Of a stretch of 61,221 bases of DNA, positions 47,521 to 58,063 are shown in pieces. Positions within the stretch are counted from its first letter, which is position 1. Each line of letters starts with the position of its first letter. The stretch is taken from the IMG/VR virus record IMGVR_UViG_3300031631_000002, positions 1-61,221 of that record, one strand, 5' to 3'. A program made the position numbers and the translations under genes. This stretch comes from a virus. Its lineage: Duplodnaviria; Caudoviricetes. Under the pieces are notes generated by a model that was given only the letters and a program-made list of their open reading frames with translations, did no database searches and had not been told where the DNA came from.

Positions 47521-50500
47521 ATGAAGAGAATAAATAAATTGCTGGTCGACGCCAGTTCAGTACTGATGGCATGCTTGCATGCAGCAAAAGGACAAGAGAA
47601 CAGCTTTCTCGATCCAGAGCCTGAAGAGGGGAAAGATCCTGAAGTTATTCCAAGTGCCTTAGATGGGTACGAGATTTTCTTAGGTAGTCTAGAGAAAACC
47701 ATGGATGAGTTTGGGTTTGTGCCAAGCCAAGTTATTCTTGTGAAGGATGGGAAAGGTTCAAGAGGGTTAAGGCAGGCGGTCTTCCCACCTTATAAGAAGC
47801 ACAGATCAAGCAGTATGTCCTTCTTAAACGAGTTCAACAGCCTGCAGGCCAGAGCTGAAGAGATGTTGTGGAGTTACGGAGCCCTCAGTGTGGTCAAGGA
47901 CGGCTACGAAGCTGACGATTTGCTAGCAGCTATATGGAAGAAAGGGGATTGGATCTGGAGCCGTGACGGGGATCTTATAGCAGCCGGTGATTGGTTTTAC
48001 GGAGGTGAGAGGAACCCAGACAAGTTCCTAGGCATAACAAAAGAACGCATAGTTGTTTACAAATCTCTTGTAGGTGACACTTCTGACGGTTTCAAGGGCT
48101 GCCCCTCGTTTGGACCAAAGGCGTTCGAGAACATGATCATTAAATATGGTGATGATGTGTGTGACGACATCCTTGAAATGCTGAAGAACGAAACGCTTCA
48201 CGAGCTTGGTGAGTACGCAGAAGAATTCAAACCGTTCGCTAAGGTGGTTGAACTTAAAGAGAAGGTATACCAGAGTTACTACTGCGCCCAGTTCCACCAC
48301 CCAGGCTGGGCCCTCAACTGGCAGAGTAGATTCCCGTCAACAAACGGAGACCTCCCTAAGTGGAACACTTCCGACACCTTAGTAACAACACAAAACTATG
48401 CGGCTGTCTTGTCAGATGTTGAGCATTCAACCTTTTCTTATAGCGTTATTGACTACGAGACAGACACTTGTCAAGAATCAAAAGACTGGTGTGAAACGTC
48501 GGGCGTCAGTGTTGACGTGATAGGATCTGAGATCACTGGTATGGGTCTCAGAATTAATTATTCAAACTATTACTTCTGTGTCAACCATGCGGACACTGAC
48601 AACATCACGGAAGCCCAACTATTGGCCGTGCTCACGGCAATAGAGGGAAAACCTATCTACGCTCACAACTCTACAGGGTTCGAGAACGTGATCACTCACA
48701 ACACTTTCGGAGATTTTCTCGACGGCGTGATAGACACGCAGCTCATGGCCAGCTATGTGAATGAAAATGACATGCTAGGGCTTAAGCATCTGTCTAAAAG
48801 AGATCTTAAATACAGCCAAGCAAGCTATGAAGATACCACTACCAAGACAGAAATTCTGCTTGATGAGAATGGAGAGGGGGAGTACGTCTACACCCAGCTA
48901 GGGATGAGTGAGCTCACCGGCAACGAGGTGGTGAAATATGGAATAGATGACGTGGTAGTCACAGATATACTGCAGAGACGTTTCACTTGCATCATGGAGT
49001 ACGAAGGAACCTTGGACGCATTTCATAACGTAGAGGACGACGCGAGTTACTTCACATCCCTTTGCTTTATCAATGGTGTGGACTTTGACAAAGAAGCTTA
49101 CACCAAGCTCAAGGCAGACAACGACAAGCACACTGACGAGGCTTGGAAGGTGCTGAACACAGCGCTACTTGAAGTTGGGTGGGAAGGTGGAAAGTTTATC
49201 CCTGTGAGACGAAAGAACGCCGGAGTATTCAACAAGATACACGAGGCTCTATACGGGAAGCCCTCGGAGTACTCATCGGTCCAGGGGGCTAAGAAGGGCA
49301 TGCCTAACGATGCCATTGTGCAAGCATTCGATGGCACCCTTGACGATGTCAATGCCCTGTACGAGAAGTATTGGAAGCCGAAGGCAGAGTTTAATGTGAG
49401 ATCTCCCAAGCAGATGTGCAGGCTCCTTTATGAAATTCTAGGGATGAAGATCAGAATCAGAAACAAACCTACCAATAACATGAGGGCCCAAGGGAAGGAA
49501 GGAAACCCCGCCAGCTCTGAAACGGCCATACAGAACAGCCTCACTTACCAAGACACTGACAAGCCTGAAGTTCTTAAGCTACTCTTGGAGTACAAAGGGT
49601 ACCTTACCAAGGAAAGCTTATTCTTTTCTAAATGGCCGAACTATGTCCACTGGAAGACAGGAAAGATCCACTGCTCGATGAAGCAGAGCTCCACCAGTAC
49701 CCGCAGATTCTCCCATTCAAAACCAAACATGGCCCAGCTACCTAAGAGGAAAGGAAAAGAAGTAAGGGACATGATGGTGTCTCCTGAGGAAGATTGGTAC
49801 ATATGGGCCTTGGACATCGACTCACAAGAGCTGATACTTCAAGCTTGGGCTTCCAAAGACCCTGACTTCTTGGCCTGTTATCAAGGGGACGTAAAGAAGG
49901 ATGTTCACTCATCGACAGGTTTTCAAGTGGCAAAAAAGCAAGGAGTTGATTTTGAATCTTATGAGAATTTCATGACACAAAAGGATGGGGAAGCTAAACC
50001 GTACAGGGTGCTAGGGAAGGCAACCAACTTTGCGACTGCCTATCTATGTGGTGCCCCTAAACTTTCTCAGATGCTGTGTGTTGTGGAGAAAGAAGCCCAA
50101 GCATTTATGGATGCCAAGGCAGTGGCTTTCCCGGGGCTGATGCCGGCTGTTGAAGAGTACATCAAAATCTGTAAGGCTAGGGGATACGCAGAGACCTTTG
50201 AAGGGGCGAGGAGACACCTTGGTGGTCACCAACACTTTGGAAGCTCTAAGAAGTATGAAATATCTGCTGCTGGAAGGTTAGCTTGGAGCTTTAGGATCCA
50301 AAGTTCAGCAGCATCACAGATTAAATTAAGTACGGGTAGAATGTACCGTGAAGGGTTGTTTGATGATTCGTTGTGCATGCCTGTAACCATTATCCATGAC
50401 GAGGCAGTAGGGATCATCCATAAATCTGTGCTGGAGGAGCGCATGCCGAAGTTGATAGCTTGCATTTGCCAGAAATACGAGGACATGGAAATCAAGACAT

Positions 50501-50556
50501 CCACTACCCCTGAAATCGGGAGGAATTTTGGATCGTTGACAGAGTGGAAGGGATGA
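47521..50556 (+). CDS. polA: DNA polymerase family A with 5'-3' and 3'-5' exonuclease domains
   Basis: YEADD and LVGDTSDG (5' nuclease); DYET, AHN, YGIDD (proofreading); DIDSQEL, KATNFATAY, IHDE (motifs A, B, C). Confidence 0.95.
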   Translation: MKRINKLLVDASSVLMACLHAAKGQENSFLDPEPEEGKDPEVIPSALDGYEIFLGSLEKTMDEFGFVPSQVILVKDGKGSRGLRQAVFPPYKKHRSSSMSFLNEFNSLQARAEEMLWSYGALSVVKDGYEADDLLAAIWKKGDWIWSRDGDLIAAGDWFYGGERNPDKFLGITKERIVVYKSLVGDTSDGFKGCPSFGPKAFENMIIKYGDDVCDDILEMLKNETLHELGEYAEEFKPFAKVVELKEKVYQSYYCAQFHHPGWALNWQSRFPSTNGDLPKWNTSDTLVTTQNYAAVLSDVEHSTFSYSVIDYETDTCQESKDWCETSGVSVDVIGSEITGMGLRINYSNYYFCVNHADTDNITEAQLLAVLTAIEGKPIYAHNSTGFENVITHNTFGDFLDGVIDTQLMASYVNENDMLGLKHLSKRDLKYSQASYEDTTTKTEILLDENGEGEYVYTQLGMSELTGNEVVKYGIDDVVVTDILQRRFTCIMEYEGTLDAFHNVEDDASYFTSLCFINGVDFDKEAYTKLKADNDKHTDEAWKVLNTALLEVGWEGGKFIPVRRKNAGVFNKIHEALYGKPSEYSSVQGAKKGMPNDAIVQAFDGTLDDVNALYEKYWKPKAEFNVRSPKQMCRLLYEILGMKIRIRNKPTNNMRAQGKEGNPASSETAIQNSLTYQDTDKPEVLKLLLEYKGYLTKESLFFSKWPNYVHWKTGKIHCSMKQSSTSTRRFSHSKPNMAQLPKRKGKEVRDMMVSPEEDWYIWALDIDSQELILQAWASKDPDFLACYQGDVKKDVHSSTGFQVAKKQGVDFESYENFMTQKDGEAKPYRVLGKATNFATAYLCGAPKLSQMLCVVEKEAQAFMDAKAVAFPGLMPAVEEYIKICKARGYAETFEGARRHLGGHQHFGSSKKYEISAAGRLAWSFRIQSSAASQIKLSTGRMYREGLFDDSLCMPVTIIHDEAVGIIHKSVLEERMPKLIACICQKYEDMEIKTSTTPEIGRNFGSLTEWKG

Positions 50557-50564
50557 GCTATACT
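50536..50564 (+). promoter_or_regulatory. sigma70 promoter overlapping the end of polA
   Basis: TTGACA-17-TATACT. Confidence 0.8.
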
Positions 50565-50565
50565 T

Positions 50566-50680
50566 TCCACAGGACGTGAGAATCCTGTGGAGTAATACAA
50601 TTTAGGCAGTTGATGACAAGCGTGTCCCTATTACTCGGGAATTCTCACCACGTTATGTCATCAGCTGCCTTTCTTGTTTC
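50566..50680 (+). ncRNA. Structured leader of the Rha-like gene with loop-loop complementarity
   Basis: Two stems plus GTGAGAAT / ATTCTCAC complementarity; see findings. Confidence 0.7.
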
Positions 50681-50692
50681 TAGGAGAATAAA

Positions 50693-51325
50693 ATGGATTT
50701 AGTGTTGAAAAAGAGCATGACGATGACCAGCACTCAGTTTGCGGAGATGACTGGTAAGGCAAAGGGACACATTCACAGAACAGTGCGTGACAATTTCGAC
50801 GCTGAATTAAGGGAATCCATTATTGGATCCTCTATAGGAAGTAACGGAATGATCTCGGATTACCATCTACCAGAGACAGAGAGCATCATGCTTGCTGCCA
50901 TGTTGGACAAGTCTTATTTAAGGAAAATAGCAGAATTCTGGAAGAATAGAAACGAGCTACTACCTAAAGACTTGCCGTCAGCCTTGAGGTCTTTGGCCGA
51001 CAGGGAAGAAGCCCTTCAGATAGCCTTAGACACTAAAGCGGAAATAGGGAGTAGGCGAGAAGCAACTTCAATGAACACGGCTTCCACCGCCACTAAGAAG
51101 GCAAATAAACTAGAGATAGAGCTGGATCAATCTAAGACCTACTGCACTATGAAGAGGATGGAGATGCTGTGCCACGGGCAGAAATTTGATTGGAGGTTAC
51201 TAAAAACAACACTAATTGAGATGAACATCCCAGCACTGGACGTCTTTGATGTCAATTATGGGACCGTTAAAGCTTACCATAAAGACGTTTGGATGGAAGC
51301 TTATGGATTAATGGTGGAGATATAA
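50693..51325 (+). CDS. Rha-family / antirepressor-like regulator
   Basis: TMTS.QFAEMTGK..GHI.R.VR N-terminus; LPKDLPSALRSLAD linker; KA.IGSRREATSM.TAS and DVNYGTVKAYH C-terminus. Confidence 0.8.
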   Translation: MDLVLKKSMTMTSTQFAEMTGKAKGHIHRTVRDNFDAELRESIIGSSIGSNGMISDYHLPETESIMLAAMLDKSYLRKIAEFWKNRNELLPKDLPSALRSLADREEALQIALDTKAEIGSRREATSMNTASTATKKANKLEIELDQSKTYCTMKRMEMLCHGQKFDWRLLKTTLIEMNIPALDVFDVNYGTVKAYHKDVWMEAYGLMVEI

Positions 51326-51833
51326 GCCGTGGAGGACTTAATGATTAACAACGACAATGATTTAACGATGCTTGGTAGGCAGTTAGTATTACTACCTGTT
51401 GCTATGGCTAATCTTGGACACACAAACATAAGTGGACACAAGAGGTATGTAAGAGGGCAGCCAATGCTTGAAGCTTACCTGGCTTGATAGCAAGCCAGAC
51501 AGATTCTACCCTTGATAACTTAATCACGGCATGCTGGGGACGAGGAGAATTTGAGGGCATGCAGAGACAGTTGTTTGATAAAGCCTGCGAAGCAATGACG
51601 ATACATGGAGCTAAGAAACGAATGAACGAACCAAAAGTGAAAGGACTAAGCAGTATAAATATACCAACAGAAGACTTTTTAGGGTTTGGTGAACTTATTC
51701 ACATTGATAGAAAGTTCAAAGACGATGAGGATTATCTCGGGACACTGACATTATCATTTGAAGAATTATTCGGAGATTTAGATAAAGAGGCCTTGATACA
51801 ACTCAGGGATGAGATAGACAGGAGGATAGAGAA

Positions 51834-52235
51834 ATGATTAACAACGGTGCATATCTTGAAGATATGTTTCAGAAACAATTCGACAGAGAAGATACTCCTT
51901 CGGTGTGGTGCCATAGATTCCCAGACTCAAAGTCAGCAAGGAACCTAATTGAAAAGCAGCCATCTGACTTCATCCTAGTCGTGGTAGGAGAAGTTACACT
52001 GGTAGAGTGTAAGAGCGTTAAGCACCTGTACCGCCTCCCTAAATTTGCACAGCACAGCAGGATGGTAAAAGCTGCTATGGCTGGAGTAGGAGGAAAGATA
52101 CTTGTACATCACTGGCATTCAGATACCTTCAGGGTGATTCTAGTAAAGGACCTGAGGTTAGGGGCAGCCTCTCATGACTTGAGAAAGCTGTGTGAGGAGT
52201 TGACATGGACGGAGGCAACGGAGAGAATATTATGA
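51834..52235 (+). CDS. Holliday junction resolvase (RecU-like PD-(D/E)xK)
   Basis: G..LE..F, PSDF, LVECKS, QH motifs. Confidence 0.75.
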   Translation: MINNGAYLEDMFQKQFDREDTPSVWCHRFPDSKSARNLIEKQPSDFILVVVGEVTLVECKSVKHLYRLPKFAQHSRMVKAAMAGVGGKILVHHWHSDTFRVILVKDLRLGAASHDLRKLCEELTWTEATERIL

Positions 52236-52401
52236 CACCGAAAGAGAAATTATCTAGAGAAATAGTGAACCTTGTTACTGAGTTCTACGAAAAGACAGGT
52301 GTCGCTATAGAGGACATTAACATAGGATGGTACGAAACATCTGAACCAAAAAATATTTCAAAACAGTACACAGTTACTGGGATTGCTATAGGGATGAAGC
52401 C

Positions 52402-52857
52402 ATGAAAAGAACATACAGAGAAGCAATAACAGAATGGATTGAAAGTAAGAAGCACTACAACGTAAGGTACTTGGATTTCTCAGAGGATAAGAGGAGACTT
52501 GCAACAAGCTTCATCATGTATGGTTCTCAAGACGATGAGAGCTTTGACGTAAAAATGTTTTCACTTGGCTATAGGCTAGTAGACAAGAAAATCTCTGTTT
52601 CACTGGATGGCGATATAGTGCAGGCCCACCTGTGGGATTACCCAGAGAAAAATAAAGAACCACTGTTCGAAACAATACTGAACCTGTGCGGAGTGGAAGA
52701 CACTGAACACGTCAACCATGTAGTGATAGCCTTACCTCCAGTAGAGATCGCAGTCGATGTAACTTACAACGTAACAACCTCGGATGGTCTGATTATACTT
52801 GGGGATGATTGTATAGCGCAGGTAACAAAGAAATTCGAATTGGTGGAGGTTGACTGA
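52402..52857 (+). CDS. Hypothetical protein
   Basis: ATGA and TGATG coupling with neighbours. Confidence 0.6.
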   Translation: MKRTYREAITEWIESKKHYNVRYLDFSEDKRRLATSFIMYGSQDDESFDVKMFSLGYRLVDKKISVSLDGDIVQAHLWDYPEKNKEPLFETILNLCGVEDTEHVNHVVIALPPVEIAVDVTYNVTTSDGLIILGDDCIAQVTKKFELVEVD

Positions 52858-53810
52858 TGAAAACTTTAATACTGAACGACATCCACTTGAACTGCCGTAG
52901 GGCTGGAGGCACTACAAAACAATCGAGGAAAGACTTAGAGGTGTGGATGCTGGGCCGATTTAAGGGATTGCTAGAGATACCTCATGAGAAGCTAATAATA
53001 TTAGGTGATCTGTACGACAGGAGACATGTAGATGAGCACATCATGAAAGATGTGATAGAGTTATTAGATAAAGAGAACTGTGCGATAGCTGTAGGGAATC
53101 ATGACGTTGGTAAAGGGGAGGACGGAAACACTATATCTTCTTGTGAATTTACCTCACTAATGTCAGACTCTACGCTTATTAAGGCTCCTATATTCTCAGG
53201 AGGCCTGTATATTATCCCGCATGTTTCAGATCAGAAGCTATTCGACCATGCCGTCCAACTGTGCCCTGATAATACAATAATGTTAACTCACGCCAACATA
53301 GATTCACCATTTGCTCACGGTGACCACAGTTTGAATCTGTCATTACAGCAGATGAAAGATCTGACAGACAGAGGAGTTGATGTGATTGCCGGACACGAAC
53401 ATACTAGGAGAGATGTTATGAACGTCTCAATACTGGGTAACCAATTTCCATCGTCTATTGCAGATTGTCTTGGAGGGGATAAGTTCGCTCATGTACTTGA
53501 GGATGGGGTACTAACCTCGATACCTACATGGACTACTGATTCATACTACGAAGGTTCTGAGATACCCAAAGGACACTACGACTTCATAAACATAACAGGT
53601 GAGTGTGAGTTGGTAGAGTATCCCGCGGTAGTTAAAGCGGTAGCGGAACTAAGAAAAAATTCCGATGCCTTTATTGTGAAGAACTCCACAAAGGTTAAAG
53701 AATTCGAAGTAGCAAAAATGACAGAAGAGATCACAAGGTTCAACATAGTAGATATGTTGTTGGAAGAAATAAACCCTGATTACAGAGACGAGGTGCGGTC
53801 TTGCATATAG
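52857..53810 (+). CDS. sbcD: SbcD/Mre11-like metallophosphoesterase nuclease
   Basis: NDIH, GDLYD, GNHD, GHEH. Confidence 0.88.
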   Translation: MKTLILNDIHLNCRRAGGTTKQSRKDLEVWMLGRFKGLLEIPHEKLIILGDLYDRRHVDEHIMKDVIELLDKENCAIAVGNHDVGKGEDGNTISSCEFTSLMSDSTLIKAPIFSGGLYIIPHVSDQKLFDHAVQLCPDNTIMLTHANIDSPFAHGDHSLNLSLQQMKDLTDRGVDVIAGHEHTRRDVMNVSILGNQFPSSIADCLGGDKFAHVLEDGVLTSIPTWTTDSYYEGSEIPKGHYDFINITGECELVEYPAVVKAVAELRKNSDAFIVKNSTKVKEFEVAKMTEEITRFNIVDMLLEEINPDYRDEVRSCI

Positions 53811-55891
53811 AACAAGTAACTACAAAGAACTTTGGAGTTCTTGAAAACGGAACTTACAATTTCGTTGACGGAATGAACGTAATACGTGGCCGCAACGAGA
53901 GCGGAAAAACCTCATTAATAGAGGCGGCACTATACGGGATGTTCGGTTCAGGGGCTATACGCGGTACGTTGGAAGACGCTGTCAAGGAGCCCCTCAAAGA
54001 CTCCGAACTATCCGTTGAGGTCAGGTACGGCGGCTACACAGCCAAGAGAAGAAAGTCCTCTGCTTCTGTTGTCGGACCGGACACAAAGATAAACGGCCAG
54101 TCCGCTGTGTCACAATTCTTCTATGACCTTCTTGGAGTTAGAAAGGGAAACGAAAACAGCACTCTAGTGTCTGAGCAAGGAGAGACTGCGGGGATCTTGA
54201 AGGGGAAGCCCGGGGAAGTGTCAGCACTCATTGAAGGTCTAGCAGACTTCAACCAGATAGACGACTTAGTAGAGAATGCCAAGGCTAGGTTCCCTGCCGG
54301 TAACGCTACCTTATTGCAGGAGCTTCTTGAAGAGACAACGGAGAAGCTGAAGATAAAGGAAGGTATAAAATTAACCCCTGCTGCAACCTACATTGCAAAA
54401 GTAACACAGGCAGAGGCTAACCTGAAGGTATCTGAAGCAGCCATCAGGGAACTGAACGACTCAATCAACAGCAAGAAGAGCGAAATAATAAAGATAGAAG
54501 CAGGAGCCACCCTCAAGAGCAAGCTGGCTCATGACATTGACACCCTTAAGAAATCAAGGAAGGAGGCAGAGGTCGAGTTAGAGACGGCAACTGCAGCATC
54601 ACTTGAAGACCTGCAGGCAGTATCGGCTGAGAAGGAGCTTGTAGGTGGATGGCCGGAGGCGGTGCAGAGGTGGGACCTATACAAGGACGTGACGTCATTT
54701 GGTTACTGGAAGGGCGAAGAGTGGGAGGGAGACGTTGAATCACTCGAAGCCGAACTCTCCAAGAACAACGGAAAGAAAGAAGACATAACAACCATACTCA
54801 ACGATGCAAATGCAGAGATAAGAAGCCTCACAAGGAAACTCAACAACGAGGACAAGTGCCCCACTTGTGGTCAGGACACCAAACATATTCACGAAGAGAT
54901 GAACGCAAAGATCAGCAGCGACCTTTCTTACGAGGAAGTCACGGCTAAGAAGGCCGGGGCTGACTTGAAAGAAGTAGAAGAGACTCTACTCGTCTTGAAG
55001 GCTATCAAGTGCGAGCAGGAGAAACGACAGCAGTACGAAAGGTACACAGACAACGCAGAGATTCTACCATTCAACCTTGATTGGACAGCTGCTGAACCAA
55101 TTGAACCTTCAACCGAGAGATTTAACGAAGCAAGAGACCTTATACTGGTCTCAGAGACTCAAGACCGAAGAGTGAAGAAGGCTAAGGATGATGTCGTTAA
55201 ACTCACAGTAGCTGATGCTCTGGCAGAAGAGAAACTCGAAACATTGCAGCAGGAGTACAACTCTACCTTCGTACAAGATGCCTCAGATCTTAAAGGTATA
55301 GTCAATGCCCTTGAGAGGGCGCACAAAGATAGTTCAGAAGAACATGATGTACTGAGCAGTGTAGTGAAAGAAGCTCAGAGAGAGGCAGATAGAGCCGCTA
55401 CAGAGGCAGCCGCGTTAAAGAGTGATCTTGTTGAGTTGAAGAGTGAGGTAGAATCAATAAACAACAGACTGCAGAAGGACTCAAGAAACAGCGAGATTCT
55501 TAAGCAAGTACGTAAGGCGAGACCAAAAGTTCTGAATAGGGTATGGGACAACGTGTTGATGACTGTGTCTGCTACCTTCTCAGACTTGAGAGGTGTTGAG
55601 TCAGTGGTTGCTAAGTCTGACAAAGGCTTCACAGTAAATGGATTACCGGTACATAGACTATCTGGGTCCGGCAAGAGCATCCTGGGGATATCGCTGCGAG
55701 TGGCCTTGAGAAACATTTTCTCTCCTGAAGCAGGCTTTATAATCTTTGACGAACCAGCGGATTCTGCGGATAAGATAAGGACTGCCGCGGTTGTAGCGGC
55801 GCTAGCTAGCGTACGTCAACAGGTTATCATTGTAACTCACGAGGAAGTATCAGGGATGTCTGCTGATAATATCATTGACTTAGACGATTAG
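53801..55891 (+). CDS. sbcC: SbcC/Rad50-like ATPase
   Basis: GRNESGKTS, coiled coil with CPTCG zinc hook, LSGSG, IIFDEP, VTH. Confidence 0.92.
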   Translation: MHIEQVTTKNFGVLENGTYNFVDGMNVIRGRNESGKTSLIEAALYGMFGSGAIRGTLEDAVKEPLKDSELSVEVRYGGYTAKRRKSSASVVGPDTKINGQSAVSQFFYDLLGVRKGNENSTLVSEQGETAGILKGKPGEVSALIEGLADFNQIDDLVENAKARFPAGNATLLQELLEETTEKLKIKEGIKLTPAATYIAKVTQAEANLKVSEAAIRELNDSINSKKSEIIKIEAGATLKSKLAHDIDTLKKSRKEAEVELETATAASLEDLQAVSAEKELVGGWPEAVQRWDLYKDVTSFGYWKGEEWEGDVESLEAELSKNNGKKEDITTILNDANAEIRSLTRKLNNEDKCPTCGQDTKHIHEEMNAKISSDLSYEEVTAKKAGADLKEVEETLLVLKAIKCEQEKRQQYERYTDNAEILPFNLDWTAAEPIEPSTERFNEARDLILVSETQDRRVKKAKDDVVKLTVADALAEEKLETLQQEYNSTFVQDASDLKGIVNALERAHKDSSEEHDVLSSVVKEAQREADRAATEAAALKSDLVELKSEVESINNRLQKDSRNSEILKQVRKARPKVLNRVWDNVLMTVSATFSDLRGVESVVAKSDKGFTVNGLPVHRLSGSGKSILGISLRVALRNIFSPEAGFIIFDEPADSADKIRTAAVVAALASVRQQVIIVTHEEVSGMSADNIIDLDD

Positions 55892-55938
55892 GCATAGTAA
55901 GTTATCTCATCATCATAATAATAACAAAGGAGGAAAAG

Positions 55939-56058
55939 ATGAAAGAATACAAATGTAAGAAGTGTGGGCACGAGTGGGTGCCAAGAATTTCAAAGCCGAA
56001 GGCGTGCCCCAGGTGTAATTCAAGAACATGGGACAAAGACAGCAAACCTAAGAAGTAA
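55939..56058 (+). CDS. 39-aa zinc-ribbon microprotein (not in ORF track)
   Basis: MKEYKCKKCGHEWVPRISKPKACPRCNSRTWDKDSKPKK; AAGGAGG RBS; promoter TTGACT(55875)-17-TAAGTT. Confidence 0.85.
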   Translation: MKEYKCKKCGHEWVPRISKPKACPRCNSRTWDKDSKPKK

Positions 56059-56091
56059 TTCACCTACCAACCGCCAAAGGAGCACAACCAA

Positions 56092-57342
56092 ATGAATTAC
56101 GTAACAGTTCTGAACTACTTCGACAAAATAGCAGAAGCCAAAGGAAAACTTAAACAACCTCTTATCCTAGAGGCCTTAAAAGACAAAGACTTCATCAGAG
56201 TAATACAATATGTTCTAGACACCAGCAGAACATTCAACGTCAAGAAGTTGGTTCGTATGGTTGAGTCTCCATTAGACCAAGACCTATTTGAGTTTCTTGA
56301 CTACCTCAATAGTAAACGAGGTGCCACGGCAAAGGACAAAAATTATCTGGCTGCCATTGCCTCGGAGTCTGAGGCTAAGTTCACTATAGTGAACAAGATC
56401 TTACGTGGAAAGACCGACGCCGGGTTTACAAACCAAACCATGAACAAGCTGGTCCCTGGATTGATTCCATACTTCTCGTACATGAGATGTAAGGGACCAG
56501 CCCACCTCCACAAGGTTAAATTTCCGTGCTACAGCCAACTAAAGGCAGATGGAATGTACCATGAAGAGAGAGAAGGATCCTACCGCACCCGCAATGGAAA
56601 GATTCTTGATTTCTCGTTGGTACCTCAGGAACACAAAGTATCTCCTGAGATGGTATGTGAGCTGATGGGTGAGATAACGATGCTCTACGCCTCTGGAGAG
56701 GTAATGAACAGGAGAGCAGCCAACGCCATCATCAATAAAGCTCAGGACTCTGACTTGTCACAGGAAGAGGCAGACAGAATACGTTTCCAGTACTGGGATG
56801 TAAACGCCGGCTTCGCCCACCAAATACCTTATAAAGAGAGATTCAAGGGAGTTGTTTACTTGGCAGGTGTTAACGTCATAGAATCAAAAATAGTGAACAA
56901 CATGGAAGAAGCATGGGCCCACTACGATGACGTTAGAGCAAGGGGACTTGAGGGAACCATCCTGAAGAATTTTGACGGGCTCTGGAAAGACGGTGACTCT
57001 ATGGACCAAGTTAAACTTAAATCTGTGCTGTCTGGAGAGTTAGAAGTAATAGGAACAACAGAGGGGGAGGACAAGAACGTTGGGAAAGTAGGAGCACTCA
57101 TATGTAGATCATCCTGCGGCGGCTTGGTAACAAACATTGGGATGGGATTGTCAGGCGAGGACAGAGAGAGAACTGACTGGGTTGGGTGTATCATAGAGGC
57201 AATGTTTAACGAGGTGTCAAAGTCAAAGAACAAAAAAACCTACGCCCTCTCCCACGCAAGACTAGTTGAAGAGCGCAAGGACAAAACAGTAGCAGATGAT
57301 CTTGAGTACTTTCTTAATGCGAAGGAGGTTAAGAGGAAATGA
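56092..57342 (+). CDS. lig: ATP-dependent DNA ligase
   Basis: QLKADG, GEI, EGTILK, VKLK, OB-fold IGMGLS. Confidence 0.92.
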   Translation: MNYVTVLNYFDKIAEAKGKLKQPLILEALKDKDFIRVIQYVLDTSRTFNVKKLVRMVESPLDQDLFEFLDYLNSKRGATAKDKNYLAAIASESEAKFTIVNKILRGKTDAGFTNQTMNKLVPGLIPYFSYMRCKGPAHLHKVKFPCYSQLKADGMYHEEREGSYRTRNGKILDFSLVPQEHKVSPEMVCELMGEITMLYASGEVMNRRAANAIINKAQDSDLSQEEADRIRFQYWDVNAGFAHQIPYKERFKGVVYLAGVNVIESKIVNNMEEAWAHYDDVRARGLEGTILKNFDGLWKDGDSMDQVKLKSVLSGELEVIGTTEGEDKNVGKVGALICRSSCGGLVTNIGMGLSGEDRERTDWVGCIIEAMFNEVSKSKNKKTYALSHARLVEERKDKTVADDLEYFLNAKEVKRK

Positions 57343-57528
57343 GTGGAGATATAGAGGATTGTAAACGACACAAGGTTGTACTTGACGACGGAAGTAACTT
57401 CTACTTTATGATGGGTGAAGACTTCATCCAGTGCTGTATGCCGTTCGAGAACCATCCAGATAATAAGGAGACTAGAAAATTACTTAACAATTTCTGTGAT
57501 GCAATAACCAAAGCGATGGGTGGAAGTA

Positions 57529-58062
57529 ATGAGTAGACTGATAGGGCTTGCAGGGCCGGCTAGGGTTGGTAAGAGTACTACAGCAGACACGTTGTGTAGA
57601 GAAGATGGTTATGTAGAGCTTGCTTTCGCTGATCCGTTGAAAGAGTCTCTCATAGCACTAACCGGGTTAGATCGTAAATACTTCTATGACCAAAAGTTCA
57701 AGCATGCCTATGTAGAGCTGATACAAATGTCCCCGAGAGAATTGATGCAGATATTTGGCACTGAGTTTGTAAGAGAAAAGGTAAGGAGAGACTTTTGGGT
57801 TGCTAGGCTGAGAGAGAGGATCCTAGACGCAGAATACATTAACAAGATAGTTGTAAGCGATATCAGGTTCAACGACGAGGCCGCTTTGATAAGGGAGCTT
57901 GGTGGAAATGTTATTATCTTGAGTAGAGACTCAATCGACTACGATCTTGACCACGCTTCTGAGGCTGGAATAACAAAAACAGCCGGAGACATACTTATAA
58001 CTCTACCAGAGGGGTTGGACGAAGCAGAAGAAGCCGTCATTACCATACTTGGTGGATTATAA
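57529..58062 (+). CDS. Deoxynucleoside monophosphate kinase
   Basis: IGLAGPARVGKST, FADPLK, PRELMQIFGTE, SDIRFNDE, HASE. Confidence 0.9.
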   Translation: MSRLIGLAGPARVGKSTTADTLCREDGYVELAFADPLKESLIALTGLDRKYFYDQKFKHAYVELIQMSPRELMQIFGTEFVREKVRRDFWVARLRERILDAEYINKIVVSDIRFNDEAALIRELGGNVIILSRDSIDYDLDHASEAGITKTAGDILITLPEGLDEAEEAVITILGGL

Positions 58063-58063
58063 T

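Noticed and set aside
12173-56085. CAACCGCC shortly before RBSs (minus about 12181, plus 46520 and 56068)
   Set aside because: Only 8 nt and three copies; cannot be separated from chance without a computed background.
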